Below are positions 61,601-64,000 of a stretch of DNA of 64,000 nucleotides, piece by piece. The stretch comes from Schmidtea polychroa (lineage: Eukaryota), in assembly GCA_044892525.1 (NCBI GenBank), contig CM097885.1:27220001-27284000 (forward strand), written 5' to 3'. The translations under genes were made by a program, and so were the position numbers. Positions within the stretch are counted from its first letter, which is position 1; every line of letters starts with the position of its first letter. The notes below the pieces were generated by a model. That model did no database searches and was not told where the DNA came from. It saw only the letters and a program-made list of their open reading frames with translations.

Positions 61601-64000
61601 ATATTGAAAGCATTTTGTTGCATTTGTCCCCAAATAAATTTATTGTTTTTCTTTAGTAACGTATTCAATGGTTGTGGGATATGAGAGAAATCTTTTATAA
61701 ATTTTCTGTAATAGCTTGCCAAACCTAAAAATTGTCTAACCTCATCGGCATCTTTTGGTACTGGGTACTCTTCCACTTTTTTGATGTTATCTGGATTAGT
61801 TTGTAACCCTCGCCGTGATATTATATGTCCTACATAAATCACTTCTGCTTTGCCCCATTCACATTTCGATGGTTTGATTTTTAATTTTGCACTTTTGAGC
61901 CGTTTAAATACAGTTTCTACATCTTTCAGGTGTTCTTCGAAATCATTTGAAAATATTATTATATCGTCGATATATACCAATGCATGTCGAATTCCTCGTA
62001 ACACATAATTCATTCCTCGTTGGAATGTAGCTGGGGCTCCTGTTAATCCAAATGGTAACACATTAAACTCATACAGTCCTTTGCCATCCGAGAACGCCGT
62101 CTTTCCTCTATCTTCCTCTTTTACTCTAAATTGATTGTACCTTTTGTTTAAATCAATAACAGTGAAATATCGTGCCTCTCCCATTTGATCGAACATTTCT
62201 TGAGGTACTGGAATTGGATAAGTGTCTTTCCTCGTAACTTGATTTAGCTTCCTATAATTTACGCAAAATCGTAAGTCTCCATCCTTTTTCTTAACTATCA
62301 CTATTGATGAGAAGAATGGTGACGCACTATCTCGAATTATTCCAAATTCCTTCATTGCTGTAATCTGTCTATCACTTTCATCTTGATGAACGTAGGGGAT
62401 TCTGTATGGCTTTATTTTTATTGGAGTTTCATCTAATAACGGTATTTCATGCTCAATTACATTGGTTAGACCTAAATCATATTCGTGTTTGGCAAAGATA
62501 TCTCGGTATTTTCTCAACAGTTTTGTGAATTCCTTTTTCTGCATCTCATTTAAATCATTGCTTACCACTTCAGGCTCCTTGTACACCTTGACGTTTCTTG
62601 GTATTTTACAATTTGTTTCAATAGACATTTTTGATAATTTTCCCAATTTTGTTTTTGGGTGTAACTGAACCGGTTTCTTACTGCTATTCGTTATATGGAC
62701 TGGTACTATCTGATTTTCCACTTTAACAACTTCGTCACATATCGGTAAATCATATTTTTCGACTAGCGTTTGATTTGGTTCGAATATAAAATCACCATCA
62801 TCCACACTCATGGTATTTGCACAATATACCATCTCCGATTGTGGTGGTATTGTCAATGTCTGATTCACAAACACTTCACCTGCCCTGTGAATTATTTCTC
62901 CTGTTTCTCTTGCTATCAAATTACCTGTCTTTAAGTCAAGTGAGACTCCGTCCAGCTGCTCTAATATATCCATACCGATCAGACATCGTACTGGGCTTCC
63001 CTCCATTATGAGCGCATCGTGCGCTATTATTCGATCTCCAATATGGAATATGACGTTAAGTTGTCCAATTATGTTTAATTCATTTTTTGATAATGACCTC
63101 ACTATTTCGTCGGTAGGCTTTATTCGCATTTTCTCCTTCGCGTTTAATACATTTTCCGATATTATTGTGTGACTAGATCCCGAATCGACTAAAGCTTCCA
63201 CTTTATGTTTGTTCATTTGTATAAATATTCGGGGTTGCTTTCCTCTTTTTGTTAATGTCATCAATGAGTAGTTGCATGGTAAGCCTAACATATTTTTTCT
63301 CTCGATCTCTGCGCTAGAAGGCTCGATTCTCTCTCCTACCATTCCTTCACATTGTAATGCGATGTTTTCCACTGGTTTCATCTCTCGTAATCGATCAACT
63401 GGATACACTGGTGCTGGTTGCATAAATGATTTTGGTATACACAATTTTGTAAACGTGTCTACGCTACTCGCATTCAACAGTGGCTCTTGTAAGATTTGAT
63501 AAGTTCTCAACGCTTCTTTATTCATTCCACTTAGTTCTTGATTGTCAACATATAACGGTGCACTATCACCCTCGTTGTCATTGTCATTGTTCTCGTCTCT
63601 TGAAGGGGTAGTACTAGCGTAGCTCACCTTTTTCTTCTTTAATATTCTCGCTTTGAGTATCTCCAACTCCTGATATTGATGATGAGTAATGAAGAATCTA
63701 GCCAATAATGGTATGCAACCAATTACTAGTTTCCACGACCAACCTGTGATCGCGTATAATCTGTGTGTTGACAGGATCTGCGACATTATTACTTTGATTA
63801 CAACACATATTACATAAATTCCAATCAATCCGGCACATGCTTGTCCAATGAACATAAACTTTCCCCAGATCTTTTTCATTGTATTATACGTCGCTTTCTT
63901 GTAATGATATGGAGTTAACAAATACTCGTAATTTACCTTCCCACTTCCGCTTGGGAGAATTGTATCTACCATTTCCATTATTACTCTCTCTTTCTTTGAT
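58627..64000 (-). CDS. pol: Ty3/gypsy polyprotein (>1790 aa, open past the window end): viral-glycoprotein-like TM region - PR - RT - RNase H - IN(GPY/F) - type I membrane protein
   Basis: PR ALVDSGS (D at 63186-63184); RT LPFGL/YIDD; RNase H TDAS, EKETLA, YTDH, ADAMSR; IN HHCC (HDGALGGH..CKVC), MDILGP, TDQG, VERFNG, KGPYKV. The frame is open from 64000 (SKKERVI) into the listed Met. Confidence 0.95.
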   Translation of the reverse strand, partial: SKKERVIMEMVDTILPSGSGKVNYEYLLTPYHYKKATYNTMKKIWGKFMFIGQACAGLIGIYVICVVIKVIMSQILSTHRLYAITGWSWKLVIGCIPLLARFFITHHQYQELEILKARILKKKKVSYASTTPSRDENNDNDNEGDSAPLYVDNQELSGMNKEALRTYQILQEPLLNASSVDTFTKLCIPKSFMQPAPVYPVDRLREMKPVENIALQCEGMVGERIEPSSAEIERKNMLGLPCNYSLMTLTKRGKQPRIFIQMNKHKVEALVDSGSSHTIISENVLNAKEKMRIKPTDEIVRSLSKNELNIIGQLNVIFHIGDRIIAHDALIMEGSPVRCLIGMDILEQLDGVSLDLKTGNLIARETGEIIHRAGEVFVNQTLTIPPQSEMVYCANTMSVDDGDFIFEPNQTLVEKYDLPICDEVVKVENQIVPVHITNSSKKPVQLHPKTKLGKLSKMSIETNCKIPRNVKVYKEPEVVSNDLNEMQKKEFTKLLRKYRDIFAKHEYDLGLTNVIEHEIPLLDETPIKIKPYRIPYVHQDESDRQITAMKEFGIIRDSASPFFSSIVIVKKKDGDLRFCVNYRKLNQVTRKDTYPIPVPQEMFDQMGEARYFTVIDLNKRYNQFRVKEEDRGKTAFSDGKGLYEFNVLPFGLTGAPATFQRGMNYVLRGIRHALVYIDDIIIFSNDFEEHLKDVETVFKRLKSAKLKIKPSKCEWGKAEVIYVGHIISRRGLQTNPDNIKKVEEYPVPKDADEVRQFLGLASYYRKFIKDFSHIPQPLNTLLKKNNKFIWGQMQQNAFNILKEKLVTTPILRCPDFTKQFILMTDASNVALGAVLGQKFEGEKDHVIAYASRSLRPHEKNYSTIEKETLALVYGITTFRQYLLGRKFTVYTDHNPLQWLMKHRDSASKLIRWSIALQEYDFEIKYRTGKANANADAMSRIPESNSEGTPEKLEGTIFAAIKAVNDMSELQNDQENDSELKQFMEQAVKIRKEQDWKRLTDANSKYVIHNGILKCWKNGEALIIIPAKHRDALLMQYHDGALGGHLSTRKTLSRLKLKYFWPTMEQDVKNWCNSCKVCITRRNTGKKIKVPLKPMPVPAAPMEMTAMDILGPLPETTKGNKYIVVFCDYFTKWPEAYAIPNQKADTIARIFVENIIFRYGTPKKLLTDQGKNFQSEMFKSITDLFGIWKLNTSPYHPQTDGLVERFNGTLINMISSYVNRKQKDWDDFIKPCLFAYRNAVNQSTGETPFYLMYLRKNNMPIDLKFQPPISQYMEIPDYKALMQERMQSVWTKAGLTIKHNQEKYKETYDKKAHAHGIKIGDLVYLNRPEPLKGLSPKLQRPFKGPYKVCDTTETNLKLLPFRSKKANPMIVHANRCKLVPEEDESRYPLRSKQNKVTGQTKLKQKFTKNPTPVSYINKILYVAIMLMLITVASGKKIDLPYAVSKIRGMEKIHIYSTLTNMAWSCKCEIADQIEIIDLLDNTAPVVELNYDKDIFAVRKLKPNFKYQWLLRQNMSKWYTQIPIEVHTKEMRNLIEIEPEINGINIYWKPVDLVKVRITFQGLNVDTLNSRKSFIRYEKLKMNQNYSVNANYYVNICLENGTVVRNQWSRFKSETQSIYLRDESNRITLSVGNGPVTIYRKSGNDERVVIIYKQKTLTILDAGNHFFTLYTSDLETAWELTVKYQRWITEPGRWQTVFVEVKTINESKRKSDTTTSPFQLPTQETTKPNSNKLMMINSDLTINYCEYLIYILITGFLILSITFIIITILICVKERQLTILQPPSYSYYETRL

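Larger units (their letters stand above)
52788..64000 (-). mobile_element. Large Ty3/gypsy LTR retroelement (3' 11.2 kb in window) with envelope-like domains; continues past the window end
   Basis: The PR-RT-RH-IN ORF, PPT and LTR are all on the minus strand in the expected order. Linkage across the 4.8-kb 3' region is inferred. Confidence 0.7.

Noticed and set aside
59330..63499. Short plus-strand ORFs opposite the polyprotein
   Set aside because: They are antisense shadows of a long coding frame with no independent signals.

Overview
Very AT-rich animal genomic DNA with 42-55 bp minimal introns, long (AAT)n/(TA)n microsatellites and dense transposon debris; this looks planarian/flatworm-like, but that is inference only. 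Three host genes are present. (1) The 5' part of the axonemal dynein heavy chain DNAH10 (minus strand, 10271 towards the window start). (2) LAMTOR2 (plus strand, 13835-14255). (3) A complete Shark/HTK16-type SH2-ankyrin-SH2 tyrosine kinase (minus strand, 50420-19965) whose large introns hold nested hAT, pogo, piggyBac, MULE, Penelope and gypsy remnants. The most unusual object is at the right end: a large Ty3/gypsy LTR element (minus strand, 52788 to beyond 64000). Its single open polyprotein reads [membrane-anchored C-terminus resembling a chuvirus-type glycoprotein]-PR-RT-RNaseH-IN-[signal peptide, FN3-like ectodomain, TM helix, PPxY/PDZ-type tail]. About 4.8 kb separate the ORF stop from the polypurine tract. 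That interval holds a splice-acceptor-preceded leucine-zipper ORF, at least one antisense intron-containing mini-gene with TATA/Inr and a GATA-repeat array, and an intronic hairpin. The window also contains several short palindromic elements built from inverted Penelope-type ends carrying minimal hammerhead ribozyme motifs with the U3-A8 core variant. All homology calls come from motif recognition by eye, not from database searches.
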